Source of the DNA: Acidimicrobiaceae bacterium | GTDB lineage: Bacteria; Actinomycetota; Acidimicrobiia; Acidimicrobiales; JACDCH01 | Length of the DNA stretch: 64,000 nt | Assembly: GCA_041166745.1 (NCBI GenBank) | Contig: JBEEGH010000019.1 | Span: 37,594-101,593, forward strand | Reading direction: 5' to 3' | Part shown: piece after piece, positions 45,441-54,317 of the stretch | Layout of the letters: every line of letters starts with the position of its first letter | Numbering within the stretch: the first letter of the stretch is position 1 | Position numbers and translations under genes: made by a program | Notes under the pieces: model-generated | Told to the model about the DNA's origin: nothing | Database searches by the model: none | Seen by the model: the letters and a program-made list of their open reading frames with translations, nothing else

Positions 45441-45959
45441 GTGGTGATCCGGCCAATCGAGCCCGACGAGTACGCGCGTCTCGGCGTGCTCACGCTGGAG
45501 GCGTACACCACGCTCGACGGTCACGTCAGCGAACCCGACTACGAGGAAGAGCTGGCCGACGTACGTACTCGCGCGGAGGCGCCGTCGACCGTCGTGCTCG
45601 TAGCCGTCGACGACGACGGTGCGTTGCTGGGTGGCGTGACGTACGTGGCCGACGAGAAGTCGCCGCTGGCGGAACACTCCATCGACGGGGCGGCGTCGAT
45701 TCGCATGCTCGCGGTCGACGGGTCGCGCCGACGATCAGGAGCGGGCGAAGCGCTCGTGCGCGAGTGCATCGAGCGAGCGCTCCGCGACGGTCGAGCCGAG
45801 GTGTTCCTCCACTCGACGCCGTGGATGTTTGCCGCTCACAAACTCTACGAGAAGCTCGGATTCATTCGTGATTCGTCGTACGACTGGGACGTCACTCCGG
45901 AGATCACACTCTGCGCCTTTCGCCTGCCGCTCTCCGGGGGTGTCAGCAGCGCGGTTTAG
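45441..45959 (+). CDS. GNAT-family N-acetyltransferase
   Basis: Contains MLAVDGSRRRSGAGEALV (acetyl-CoA binding Q/RxxGxG/A-like) and AHKLYEKLGF. Only the last 172 codons of the 514-aa track ORF look protein-like. Confidence 0.8.
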   Translation: MVIRPIEPDEYARLGVLTLEAYTTLDGHVSEPDYEEELADVRTRAEAPSTVVLVAVDDDGALLGGVTYVADEKSPLAEHSIDGAASIRMLAVDGSRRRSGAGEALVRECIERALRDGRAEVFLHSTPWMFAAHKLYEKLGFIRDSSYDWDVTPEITLCAFRLPLSGGVSSAV

Positions 45960-46969
45960 GACAGCAATGCGCGTGCGTCGGCGCGGAGCTGAGGGCGCGT
46001 CGTGGTCCAGACCTCTTCTCCTGGGTCCATCGAGTGCTCGCAGCGCGCCGTATACGCCATGGTCCACACGGCAGCCGCCCGCGCCGCTCGACGCTGCACG
46101 GAGGTGAGTCCAGCTCCTCGTGCGGACTCGTACGCGGTGATGTACTCGTCGATGTCCTCGGTGCTCGGCGCGTACGTGTCGCCAGGTTCTCCGGTCTTGC
46201 ACCACGTCGCCGCCGCACCGCCGAGGGCATGAGACTCCGGGACGAGCGAAAGACTGTCCCAGTCGTACACCGCGACCGGGCCTGCTGTCCCGAGGCGGAC
46301 GTTGCGGAGCGCCCAGTCGGTGTGCGCGATAACAGGTTCGGAGTTGTCCTCGTCCCGGACCACTGCGGCCTGCGCGGCGATCTCGTCGATCCACTCCGCC
46401 CCAGCTCGAGTCGCGGCGAAGTCGAACAGGGGGCTGTGAGGCTCCGGAAAGACGTGGTCGTCGGGTGGGCGGAGGGGATGCAACGCCAGCGCGGGCTCGC
46501 GTTGGTTCTTGCAGAGCTCCACGACGCGAGCGAGTCCGCCGGCCGACGGTTGCATCGCTTCCTTGGTTGGTGTCGTCAGTCCCGGGTCCACCAGGACGTG
46601 CTCGGCGAGGACGACGGCGCCAGCGACTCGCAGTGACGCACCGATCGGCGCCGGGCACGGGAACCCGTTGAGGTGCAGGTGCGACTGGACCCGCTGCACA
46701 GCGGCGAGGAACGCTTCGGTCCAGCGTGGTTGGAATGCTTTGAGGACAACTTCGCGCCCATCAGCAAGCCGACAGCCGATGACGCAGCCGACTGAAACGC
46801 GGTAAAGGAACCCGTCCTCCAAGCCGGAGCTGAAAGCGGTGACGCAAGCACGATCGAGAGCCTCGACGATCTCCTGCGCGCCGGCGTCGCCGAAGATGCT
46901 GCGCTCGGTCGCTCCACGCCATGGCGCGACGAATGACTTCTCGATCTCACCGTGAAGCCACGCGGTCAT
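45956..46969 (-). CDS. phosphotransferase-family (APH-fold) protein
   Basis: Contains VLKAF (ATP-lysine strand), VIAHTDWALRNV (catalytic loop) and VYDWDSLS. Confidence 0.7.
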   Translation of the reverse strand: MTAWLHGEIEKSFVAPWRGATERSIFGDAGAQEIVEALDRACVTAFSSGLEDGFLYRVSVGCVIGCRLADGREVVLKAFQPRWTEAFLAAVQRVQSHLHLNGFPCPAPIGASLRVAGAVVLAEHVLVDPGLTTPTKEAMQPSAGGLARVVELCKNQREPALALHPLRPPDDHVFPEPHSPLFDFAATRAGAEWIDEIAAQAAVVRDEDNSEPVIAHTDWALRNVRLGTAGPVAVYDWDSLSLVPESHALGGAAATWCKTGEPGDTYAPSTEDIDEYITAYESARGAGLTSVQRRAARAAAVWTMAYTARCEHSMDPGEEVWTTTRPQLRADARALLS

Positions 46970-47064
46970 CGCGTGATGCTCGCGACTCCTGCTACCACGA
47001 GCGAATCATGGCCCGAGAACGATCGCTTCGCGCCGTATGTGGCAAGAGCGCTCATCGTGGTTCA

Positions 47065-47093
47065 TTGACAGTCGCTCGCGTCGCTGCGACACT
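47065..47093 (+). promoter_or_regulatory. possible promoter for the large DUF4157-like gene
   Basis: A perfect TTGACA is followed by a 17-nt spacer containing the palindrome GTCGCTGCGAC, then GACACT as a weak -10. It lies about 65 nt upstream of ATG 47158. Confidence 0.25.
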
Positions 47094-47157
47094 TCGTCTT
47101 CGTTCGAACGATGTGCGGCGCGACGCGCGAATGCAGTGCGCGGAAGAGTGGAGTGGG

Positions 47158-50100
47158 ATGGGTACAGAGAGCACTCCATCCCAACCCGAGAACGCCCGCG
47201 CCACGAAGAAGCCGGCGGAACCCGGCCACGCCGGCGGCTCATCGTCGTCGACGCACGTGGGCCATGCCGCGACGAGCCAGTCAGGTGGGCAGGTCCTCGC
47301 GGCGTCGCCTGCCCTTGCGGCGCAGCTTCAACGGGCCGCCGGAAACCGCGCCACCCTGCACTGGCTCGGGGCGCAAGCGAAGCTCGAAGTTGGCTCGGTC
47401 GACGACCCGCTCGAGCGCGAGGCGGAGACCACCGCACGGTTGGTGGTCGACGCGCTCAACTCGAATGAGCCCGCAGTCGACGAGCCGTCTTCGATCGTCG
47501 CGCGACGCGTCCAGCGGAAGGCGGAGATAGGAGCGGAGGGCGGCGACGTCGATCCGGACACCGAACGCGAGGTCAACGCGGCGCGGGGCCGTGGCGCACC
47601 GATGCCCGCGCCGATCCGCCGCAGCATGGAGGGCGCGTTCGACGCCGACTTCAGCGATGTTCGGCTCCACGCCGGAGCCAACGCGACGCGGTTGAACGAT
47701 CGCGTACAGGCCAAAGCCTTCACGATCGGCTCCGACATCTTCTTCCGGGGCGGCATGCCAGATGGGCAGAGCCGAGGGGGTCAGGAGCTGCTCGCCCACG
47801 AGCTCACGCACGTCGTGCAGCAGGGCGGCACCGCGCAGCGATCGCCCCGGATCCGGCGGCTCAAGAACCCGTTCAAGAACTTCTTCGGCAAGAAGAAGAA
47901 GAAGAAGCCGGATCCGGCGATCAGCGGCCCGTCCGAGGTGAAGTCGACGAGCGCCGCGGGCTTGGTGGCGATGGTGCGTAGCGCAGACGCGGCAACCCGG
48001 GCCTTCATGGCCAAGGATCCGCGCTTCCTCCAAAAGGTCGAATCGCTGCTCGACGGTACCGAGAAGATCGAAGTGCTCGGCCTCCTGCAAGCGGCGCTCA
48101 AGCCGGAAGCGAGCGATGTCGGAGAGGCCGAGGATGCTCCGGTGGACGGGGTGGCGCAAGCGAAGGCGGAGGCGGAGGCGGAGGCCACGGCTGTAGCGGA
48201 GGCCAAGGCGCTCGCGGATGCGAAGGCGCAGGCGGAGGCGGAAGAGCAGGCCCGGGTCGAAGCGGAGGCTCAGGCGCAGACGCAAGCAACGGCGAAAGCG
48301 GAAGCCGAAGCGCAGGTGCAAGCCGCAGCTCAGGCTCAGGCGCAGGCGGAAGCCGACGCTCTGGCGCTCGCCAAGGCACAGGCCGACGCCAAGGCCAAGG
48401 CGGAGTCCGAGGCCGAGGCGAAGCGGATCGCCGAGGAAGACAAGAAGTACCAGACGACCGCCGAGATCCAGGCGCTGGCGCTACCCGACCTGATGGCATA
48501 CATCGCGAAGACGCCGCTCTGGCACAAGCGCAGCACGATCACCATCGATGAGAACGCGCTGATCACCCAGGTGCACACCTTCGCTCTCGAGCCCGGAGTT
48601 GCATCGATCCTCGATGCGTTCACGATCGCCAACCTCGTCGCGCTGACCTCCGGGCCTCTCGCGGGCACGATTGGCGATGTGATGTCCGACCTGCGCGCCT
48701 ACGTCCAGGCGGCCTCAGCGAACGAGCCCATTTCGCTCAAACTCGACCCGAACCTTGCGTCGGCGCGCTCAAAGGGCAACGCGCTGAGCAAGATGCTTGC
48801 GGACTTCCCGGCGTGGGTCCTGCGGACGGCGCTCGACGAGCGTTCGTTCGTCTTGATGTTGAAGGCGGGATACATCGACGATGTGATCGCGTATTACAAG
48901 TCCACGCCTACGCCTACCTTCCAGGCGGCGAGCGGCGCGGATTTCATCGCGTATTACAACTTCCGCAAGAGCGACAACAAGGACCCCGCGAGCTACCAGA
49001 CCGCGCTTGGCGCGTACATGCGCAACTTCCACCGGTTCGAAGCAGCCGCGCTCGACAAGGTTGCGAAGAACTATGCCAACGGAAACTCGAAGAGCCGCCC
49101 GCTGACCATCGTGCTGCATGCGGCCGTCGACCACAACGGCGCGTTCCATCGCGACAATCTGCTCACGGCGGTGGTGAGGAATCCGAACATCTTCACGCTC
49201 ATCGTGGAAGGCGGCGTGACGCTGGCCGAGTACCAGTCGCAGATCGGACCGCTGGCGCAGGCCTATGGCGTGAACCAGAAGATCGACCAGGTCATGTTCG
49301 CCGGGCACGGGAACTCTCGAATCATCGAGATGGCGGGCGGTGTCAAGGAGAGCTCGAAGGGCACGCTCGAGGAGACCGGCCAACCGATCGATCTCGTGGG
49401 CGACAAGGCGGCGGCCGACGCGCTCTTCGACGAAGTGCTTGCCAACATGGACGATGCGGCCGCGGCCGCGCTGCGTGATCCGACGGCAGTCTCGTTCCGG
49501 CGGGTGTTGTTCAATGCCTGTCTCACGAACTCGAACACCGTCGACATCGCGCTCACCGGCGACAAGGTCGCCGCCAAGGCTGAGATCCTCGACTACATCG
49601 CAAAGAACGCCAGCCTCGCCACCTACCTCGGCAATCGGGCCAAGGCGTCTGGCCACGACGTCACATCACTCGGCGCCAATGCATCCATCGGGCAAGTCGA
49701 CCTCGTCGAGGGCGCGACCGGGAAGCTCGACATGGTGTCGGCGGTCGATCCGTTCGTCACGGCTTCGAAGCTCGAGTACGCGGAGCATGGCATCGAGCCG
49801 GCAGGCGTGTTGCGCGCAGCACTCGAAGCCTGGGCCGGAGACGAAGCCGCGACGCTCGAAGCGATGGCGAGGCGCGCCGCCAAGGGCTCGACGAAGTGGG
49901 ACGACGTCATCATCGAGACCATCTACGGCTCCGTCCTGTTCAACAAGGACAATGCCGCAGTCGCCACGCAGATGAAGACCTGGGAGCAACTCGCTGCGTC
50001 CCTCTCGGAGATGAAGAGCGACGGCCATTGCAAGCCCGCGGAGCTCTTCTCGCTCATGGGCGGGTCAATTCACCGCACGTACTTCTCGACGTTGTTCGCG

Positions 50101-50811
50101 AAGCTGCAGAACGCCGACGAATACAAGAAGACACCGGCGCTGGAGCTGGTCATCCTGCAGCTTTGGCTGTGGTGCCTGCCGACCGATACGTCCATTCAGA
50201 ACCGGTTCCTCACCGTGCTCGAGACCAAGTTCGATGCGAAGTCCGCGGTGGTCGCCGACGGCAAGTACGTCAACGTCAAATACCTCAAGGACATCGCGGT
50301 CCTGCCGACGCTCCTGACCGACCCGGTGTCGAAGGGCAAGACGGTCTTCGCCCTCATCTGCCTGCTCGACAAGGCGGCGCCGACGGAGGCGAAGGAGTAC
50401 CTCAAGCGACAACTCCTGCCCGAGGTGCCCGAGGTCGCGGAATTGCCCGAGGTACCCGCGGTGCCGGAGGTACCCGAGCAGGATGCGCCTCGACCGCTGG
50501 TGCCGCTCGTGCCGAAGGTAGCGGGGCGACCGAAGGTCGACGCCATCCCGGGCCGGCGTACTGCGGTCGCCGCGGTGCCGGATCTCGCAGAGCTTCCCGA
50601 GCTGGCGGAAGTGAACGCGACGTCGGGGCCGAAGACGAAGGAAGGCGCGGGTCCCGAAGCCGGAAAGGCTCCAGGTCGCGCGGGCCGAGCGAAACGCGAC
50701 GCGGTGGCCAAGGTCGACAAGGTGAAGCCGTACCTCCCGGACACGCTCGACGTGAAGAAACTCGTCGCCAAGCGCGCCACTGAGGACGAGCTGATCGCCA
50801 AGCTCAGCTAG
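47158..50811 (+). CDS. large multidomain protein: DUF4157-like HExxH domain + Lys run + Ala/Glu/Gln coiled coil + caspase/CHAT-like His-Cys region + Pro-rich repeats
   Basis: About 1217 aa from the ATG preceded by GGAGTGGG. Contains DPLEREAE...MEGAFDADFSDVRLHAGANATRLNDRVQAKAFTIGSDIFF...ELLAHELTHVVQQ (DUF4157 pattern, HELTH at 47797-47811). AAG x6 lies at 47890-47907 and an AEAKAQ-type low-complexity stretch at 48151-48450. Candidate dyad motifs are IDQVMFAGHGNS (His codon 49306) and RRVLFNACLTNS (Cys codon 49519). PEVPEVAELPEVPAVPEVPE repeats begin near 50418. Confidence 0.8.
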   Translation: MGTESTPSQPENARATKKPAEPGHAGGSSSSTHVGHAATSQSGGQVLAASPALAAQLQRAAGNRATLHWLGAQAKLEVGSVDDPLEREAETTARLVVDALNSNEPAVDEPSSIVARRVQRKAEIGAEGGDVDPDTEREVNAARGRGAPMPAPIRRSMEGAFDADFSDVRLHAGANATRLNDRVQAKAFTIGSDIFFRGGMPDGQSRGGQELLAHELTHVVQQGGTAQRSPRIRRLKNPFKNFFGKKKKKKPDPAISGPSEVKSTSAAGLVAMVRSADAATRAFMAKDPRFLQKVESLLDGTEKIEVLGLLQAALKPEASDVGEAEDAPVDGVAQAKAEAEAEATAVAEAKALADAKAQAEAEEQARVEAEAQAQTQATAKAEAEAQVQAAAQAQAQAEADALALAKAQADAKAKAESEAEAKRIAEEDKKYQTTAEIQALALPDLMAYIAKTPLWHKRSTITIDENALITQVHTFALEPGVASILDAFTIANLVALTSGPLAGTIGDVMSDLRAYVQAASANEPISLKLDPNLASARSKGNALSKMLADFPAWVLRTALDERSFVLMLKAGYIDDVIAYYKSTPTPTFQAASGADFIAYYNFRKSDNKDPASYQTALGAYMRNFHRFEAAALDKVAKNYANGNSKSRPLTIVLHAAVDHNGAFHRDNLLTAVVRNPNIFTLIVEGGVTLAEYQSQIGPLAQAYGVNQKIDQVMFAGHGNSRIIEMAGGVKESSKGTLEETGQPIDLVGDKAAADALFDEVLANMDDAAAAALRDPTAVSFRRVLFNACLTNSNTVDIALTGDKVAAKAEILDYIAKNASLATYLGNRAKASGHDVTSLGANASIGQVDLVEGATGKLDMVSAVDPFVTASKLEYAEHGIEPAGVLRAALEAWAGDEAATLEAMARRAAKGSTKWDDVIIETIYGSVLFNKDNAAVATQMKTWEQLAASLSEMKSDGHCKPAELFSLMGGSIHRTYFSTLFAKLQNADEYKKTPALELVILQLWLWCLPTDTSIQNRFLTVLETKFDAKSAVVADGKYVNVKYLKDIAVLPTLLTDPVSKGKTVFALICLLDKAAPTEAKEYLKRQLLPEVPEVAELPEVPAVPEVPEQDAPRPLVPLVPKVAGRPKVDAIPGRRTAVAAVPDLAELPELAEVNATSGPKTKEGAGPEAGKAPGRAGRAKRDAVAKVDKVKPYLPDTLDVKKLVAKRATEDELIAKLS

Positions 50812-50814
50812 ATC

Positions 50815-51786
50815 ATGGTCGTGCAGCTCACTCAGGTCGACACGCTCGACAAGGGCTATGGCGCGCAGTTCGCGTTTGCGTCCGACGGCACCACGTGGGC
50901 CGCCGCGTCTCCGGGTACCGCGCATCTCTGGGACGGCGACGTCCTGCGGCAGACGGTCTCGATCCCGGGCTACCGGCAGGGGCCCGCGGTCATCGACGCG
51001 GACACGAAGACCCTGCGGCTGGGGAGCTGGGAGATCGACGTCACGAGCGGCGACGCCACCGAGCAGACGATCGACCCGCAACTGCTCGTCGCCCATCTCG
51101 ACTGGTCCCTGAGCGCGGATCCTCGCAGCTTCGGAGCGCACGCCCTCGCTCCGACCCCGAACGGCAAACGCCTGATCATGGCGACAACGTTCACACCGTC
51201 ACGCCTTCTCGGCGACACCGCCGAGTACGAGGGCCCACGCGGTCAAGTCCTCCTGTTCGACGTCACGCGCCGCGCCCTCATCGCCGTGCTGGAGGAGGAC
51301 ACGGGTCCCTCGACCACTCGGGTGCTCGCCGCTGACGCCACCCGCGTTGCGGCAGCAGCAGAGGGCATCCGCCTATGGGACGCGACCACCGCGAAGCTGT
51401 TGGCCGAGGACGCCACGGACATGCCGATGCGCACGGACCTGCGTTTCGACCGAGACGGTTCACTTCTGGCGTCCAGTCGGGTCGACGGCAGCGTCGAAGT
51501 ACGCGCGACCAGTGATCTTTCGATCGTGTCGGTGTGGGACGCGCACCCGAGCGCGGCTCGCGCCGTGGCCTTTCATCCATCGCGCCCGTTGCTGGCGACC
51601 GGCGGCGAGGATCAGCAGCTGAAGGTGTGGGCCCTCGAGGGAGGCTCACCAGAGCTCGTCGCTTGGCACTTTCTGGACGACGGCATCACGGGACTGGGCT
51701 TCCATCCCTTCGGCGAGCATCTGCTCGTGGCGACCGACGACGACGAGATCGTCGTCGTGAACATCTCCACGAACATCTCCGCCTAA
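50815..51786 (+). CDS. WD40-repeat beta-propeller protein
   Basis: Repeat signatures: GTAHLWD, GIRLWDATT, DGSLLASSRVDGSVEV, HPSRPLLATGGEDQQLKVWAL, GEHLLVATDDDEIVVV. The ATG lies 3 nt after the upstream TAG. Confidence 0.8.
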   Translation: MVVQLTQVDTLDKGYGAQFAFASDGTTWAAASPGTAHLWDGDVLRQTVSIPGYRQGPAVIDADTKTLRLGSWEIDVTSGDATEQTIDPQLLVAHLDWSLSADPRSFGAHALAPTPNGKRLIMATTFTPSRLLGDTAEYEGPRGQVLLFDVTRRALIAVLEEDTGPSTTRVLAADATRVAAAAEGIRLWDATTAKLLAEDATDMPMRTDLRFDRDGSLLASSRVDGSVEVRATSDLSIVSVWDAHPSAARAVAFHPSRPLLATGGEDQQLKVWALEGGSPELVAWHFLDDGITGLGFHPFGEHLLVATDDDEIVVVNISTNISA

Positions 51787-52721
51787 GTCAGCAGCACGAT
51801 CTTGCCGAGCTTGCCGCCGGCGGCGAAGCGTTCGTAGGCCTCGGCGGCGTCGGCCATCGGGTAGGTGGCGGCGATGGGAACCTTCACCCGGCCGCCCTCG
51901 AGGTGAGGAAGCACGTGCGTTTCGACGAGCTGCGCGGCCATGGCCTTCTGCTCGAGCGGTCGCGCCCGCAACGTCGAGCCATGGATGCGACCCCGTTTGC
52001 CCATCAGCGCGAGGAGATTGAGTTCAGCGGCTGCTCCGCCGCCCGCCCCGATGATCGCGATTCGCCCTCCGGTCGCAAGCGACTCGATGTCGTTCGGGAT
52101 GTTCGGCGCGCCGATGAGCTCGAGAATCACGTCGAACGGACCGTTGGCGACGAACTCGTCAGGGGCGACCGCTTGCGCACCGAACGCGGCGATCGATGAT
52201 CGAAGCTCGCGGTTGCGGACGGTGGCAAACACCGTTGCGCCCGCAGCGACCCCGAGTTGCACGCCGGCGACACCCACGCCGCCGGCCGCCCCGTGCACGC
52301 ACAGGCGCTCGCCCAACGAGAGGGCGCACTGCGTGAACAGGGCGTCGTGCGCAGTGGTGAACGCCTCGGGAAAGCCGCCCGCCTCGGGCCAGGCGATCGT
52401 GTCCGGCACCGGGATCGCGGTGCGCTCGTGCACGACGGCCTGCTCGGCCTGCGCGCCGCCGCCGACGATGGCCATGACTCGATCGCCGATGGCGAATCGG
52501 TAGACGCCGTCACCGACGGCGATCACCTCACCGGCGAGCTCCATGCCCGGGATGTCCTGCGGATTGCCGGGAGGCGCCGGATAGAAGCCCGCCACCTGCA
52601 TCAGGTCTGCATTGTTGAGCCCCGCAGCGTGAACATGAACGAGGAGCTCGCCCTTGCCCGGTACCGGGTCGGGGTGGTCGCGCCACTCGAGCGCGCCGTC
52701 GACGATCGTGACTGCCTTCAC
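51783..52721 (-). CDS. NADPH:quinone oxidoreductase (zeta-crystallin-type MDR)
   Basis: Contains VHAAGLNNADLMQVAGFYP and CVHGAAGGVGVAGVQL. Confidence 0.85.
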   Translation of the reverse strand: MKAVTIVDGALEWRDHPDPVPGKGELLVHVHAAGLNNADLMQVAGFYPAPPGNPQDIPGMELAGEVIAVGDGVYRFAIGDRVMAIVGGGAQAEQAVVHERTAIPVPDTIAWPEAGGFPEAFTTAHDALFTQCALSLGERLCVHGAAGGVGVAGVQLGVAAGATVFATVRNRELRSSIAAFGAQAVAPDEFVANGPFDVILELIGAPNIPNDIESLATGGRIAIIGAGGGAAAELNLLALMGKRGRIHGSTLRARPLEQKAMAAQLVETHVLPHLEGGRVKVPIAATYPMADAAEAYERFAAGGKLGKIVLLT

Positions 52722-52742
52722 GGCTACAGCGAGCGCCGCGGG

Positions 52743-54014
52743 CTAGCGCTGGTCGATCGGCACGTACTTGCGCTCGGCCTCGCCGACGTAGAGCTGGCGG
52801 GGCCGGGAGATGCGCGAGTCCTGCTCGAGCAACTCCTGCCAGTGCGCCAACCAACCGGATGTGCGGGGAATGGCGAACAGCACAGGGAACATGTCGATCG
52901 GGAAGCTCATCGCCTGGTAGATGAGGCCGGAGTAGAAGTCGACGTTCGGGTAGAGCTTGCGGCTCGTGAAGTACTCGTCCTCGAGCGCGACTTCCTCGAG
53001 CTTGAGCGCGATGTCGAGGAGCGGGTTTTTGCCCGTGACCTCGAACACCTGCTCCGCGGTCTGCTTGATGATCGTCGCCCGCGGGTCGTAGTTCTTGTAC
53101 ACGCGGTGTCCGAAGCCCTGAAGGCGACCGCCAGACCCTTCCTTCACCGACTTCACGAAGTCGGGCACGTTCTCGATCGAACCGATCTCGGTGAGCATCC
53201 GCACGACTTGTTCGTTCGCACCCCCGTGACGCGGGCCGTAGAGCGCGGCGGCGGCCGCTGAGGTGGCCGTGTACGGATCGGCGTGCGACGAACCGACGAC
53301 GCGCATCGCCGTCGTCGAGCAGTTCTGCTCGTGGTCCGCGTGCAGGATGAACAGCGTGTCGAGCGCCTTGGCGAGAACCGGGTTGTCGTAGTCGACCCAC
53401 TCGACGGGGTTGAACATCATGTTGAGAAAGTTCTCGGTGAACTTCTTGGAGTTGTCGGGGTAGACGAACGGCATCCCGGAGTAGAACCGGTGGGCACAGG
53501 CTGCGATCGTCGGCATCTTGGCGATGAGGCGCACGATCTGCTTGTGACGCACCTCCGGATCGTCGATGTCTTTCGCCTCGGGGTAGAAGGTCGACAACGC
53601 GGCGACGGCGGACACCAGCATCCCCATCGGATGGGCGTCGTAGTGGAAACCCTCCATGAAGCGCTTGCGCATGTTCTCGTGGATGAACGTGTGGTACGTG
53701 ACCTCGTGGTTCCACGCATCGAACTGCGCCGGCGTCGGAAGCTCACCGTGGATGAGGAGGTACGCCACCTCGATGTACGTCGAGTTCGCGGCGAGATCTT
53801 CGATCGGGTATCCCCGGTAGCGAAGAATGCCGTTGTCCCCGTCGAGCTCGGTGATCGCGCTACTGCACGCGGCGGTGGTCATGAACGCGGGGTCGTAGAA
53901 CCAGACGTTGGGAAGGAGTTTGCGCCATTCGGTGGCGTCGACACCGCCGTCGACGATCGGTACCTCGATCGACTCGCCGGTGCGATTGTCGGTGATGGTG
54001 ACGGATTCAGGCAT
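52743..54014 (-). CDS. gltA: citrate synthase
   Basis: Contains ILHADHEQNCSTT, GPRHGGANE and GFGHRVYKNYDPR. Confidence 0.9.
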   Translation of the reverse strand: MPESVTITDNRTGESIEVPIVDGGVDATEWRKLLPNVWFYDPAFMTTAACSSAITELDGDNGILRYRGYPIEDLAANSTYIEVAYLLIHGELPTPAQFDAWNHEVTYHTFIHENMRKRFMEGFHYDAHPMGMLVSAVAALSTFYPEAKDIDDPEVRHKQIVRLIAKMPTIAACAHRFYSGMPFVYPDNSKKFTENFLNMMFNPVEWVDYDNPVLAKALDTLFILHADHEQNCSTTAMRVVGSSHADPYTATSAAAAALYGPRHGGANEQVVRMLTEIGSIENVPDFVKSVKEGSGGRLQGFGHRVYKNYDPRATIIKQTAEQVFEVTGKNPLLDIALKLEEVALEDEYFTSRKLYPNVDFYSGLIYQAMSFPIDMFPVLFAIPRTSGWLAHWQELLEQDSRISRPRQLYVGEAERKYVPIDQR

Positions 54015-54031
54015 CGCCGACGAGGCTACTG

Positions 54032-54304
54032 CTAGGCGAGATGGTCTGGGATGGTGCGGTTGATGGTGTCGATGACGTCGGCAAACGTCTTCTCGGCATG
54101 GTCGAGCTCCTCGAAGTTCATCGAGATCACCGCACCGTTTGCGATGTAGATCTCCATCTTGCGATGCATGCTGTTCATCGACCCGGTCAGCTTCACGTAG
54201 GCGATGTGCGCGGCATTGATCGCGACCATGTGGGTCTCGGCGGCATTGCCGAGATCGAGGTTGACCGTCCGCGTGACCTGTTCGCCGCCCGACATTGCCG
54301 CCAC
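54032..54304 (-). CDS. hypothetical small protein
   Basis: 90-aa ORF wedged between the carboxyltransferase and citrate synthase genes with 13- and 17-nt gaps. No motif recognised. Confidence 0.5.
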   Translation of the reverse strand: MAAMSGGEQVTRTVNLDLGNAAETHMVAINAAHIAYVKLTGSMNSMHRKMEIYIANGAVISMNFEELDHAEKTFADVIDTINRTIPDHLA

Positions 54305-54317
54305 GCTACCGCTCGCC

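Noticed and set aside
46921-47157. N-terminal 79-codon extension of the large protein ORF
   Set aside because: It overlaps the 5' end of the divergent APH-fold gene and reads as Arg/Ser-rich sequence. ATG 47158 has a GGAG-containing purine tract just upstream, and protein-like sequence starts there.
48151-48450. Periodic GCN/GAG-rich DNA that looks repeat-like (possible tandem repeat or array)
   Set aside because: It is the coding sequence for the Ala/Glu/Gln low-complexity segment of the large protein. There are no exact spaced repeats or spacers, so it is not a CRISPR array or a defined tandem repeat.
52528-53715. 395-aa minus-strand ORF overlapping citrate synthase in another frame
   Set aside because: The frame 52743..54014 carries all citrate synthase signatures. 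This frame is Arg/Pro-rich and also runs into the neighbouring quinone oxidoreductase gene.
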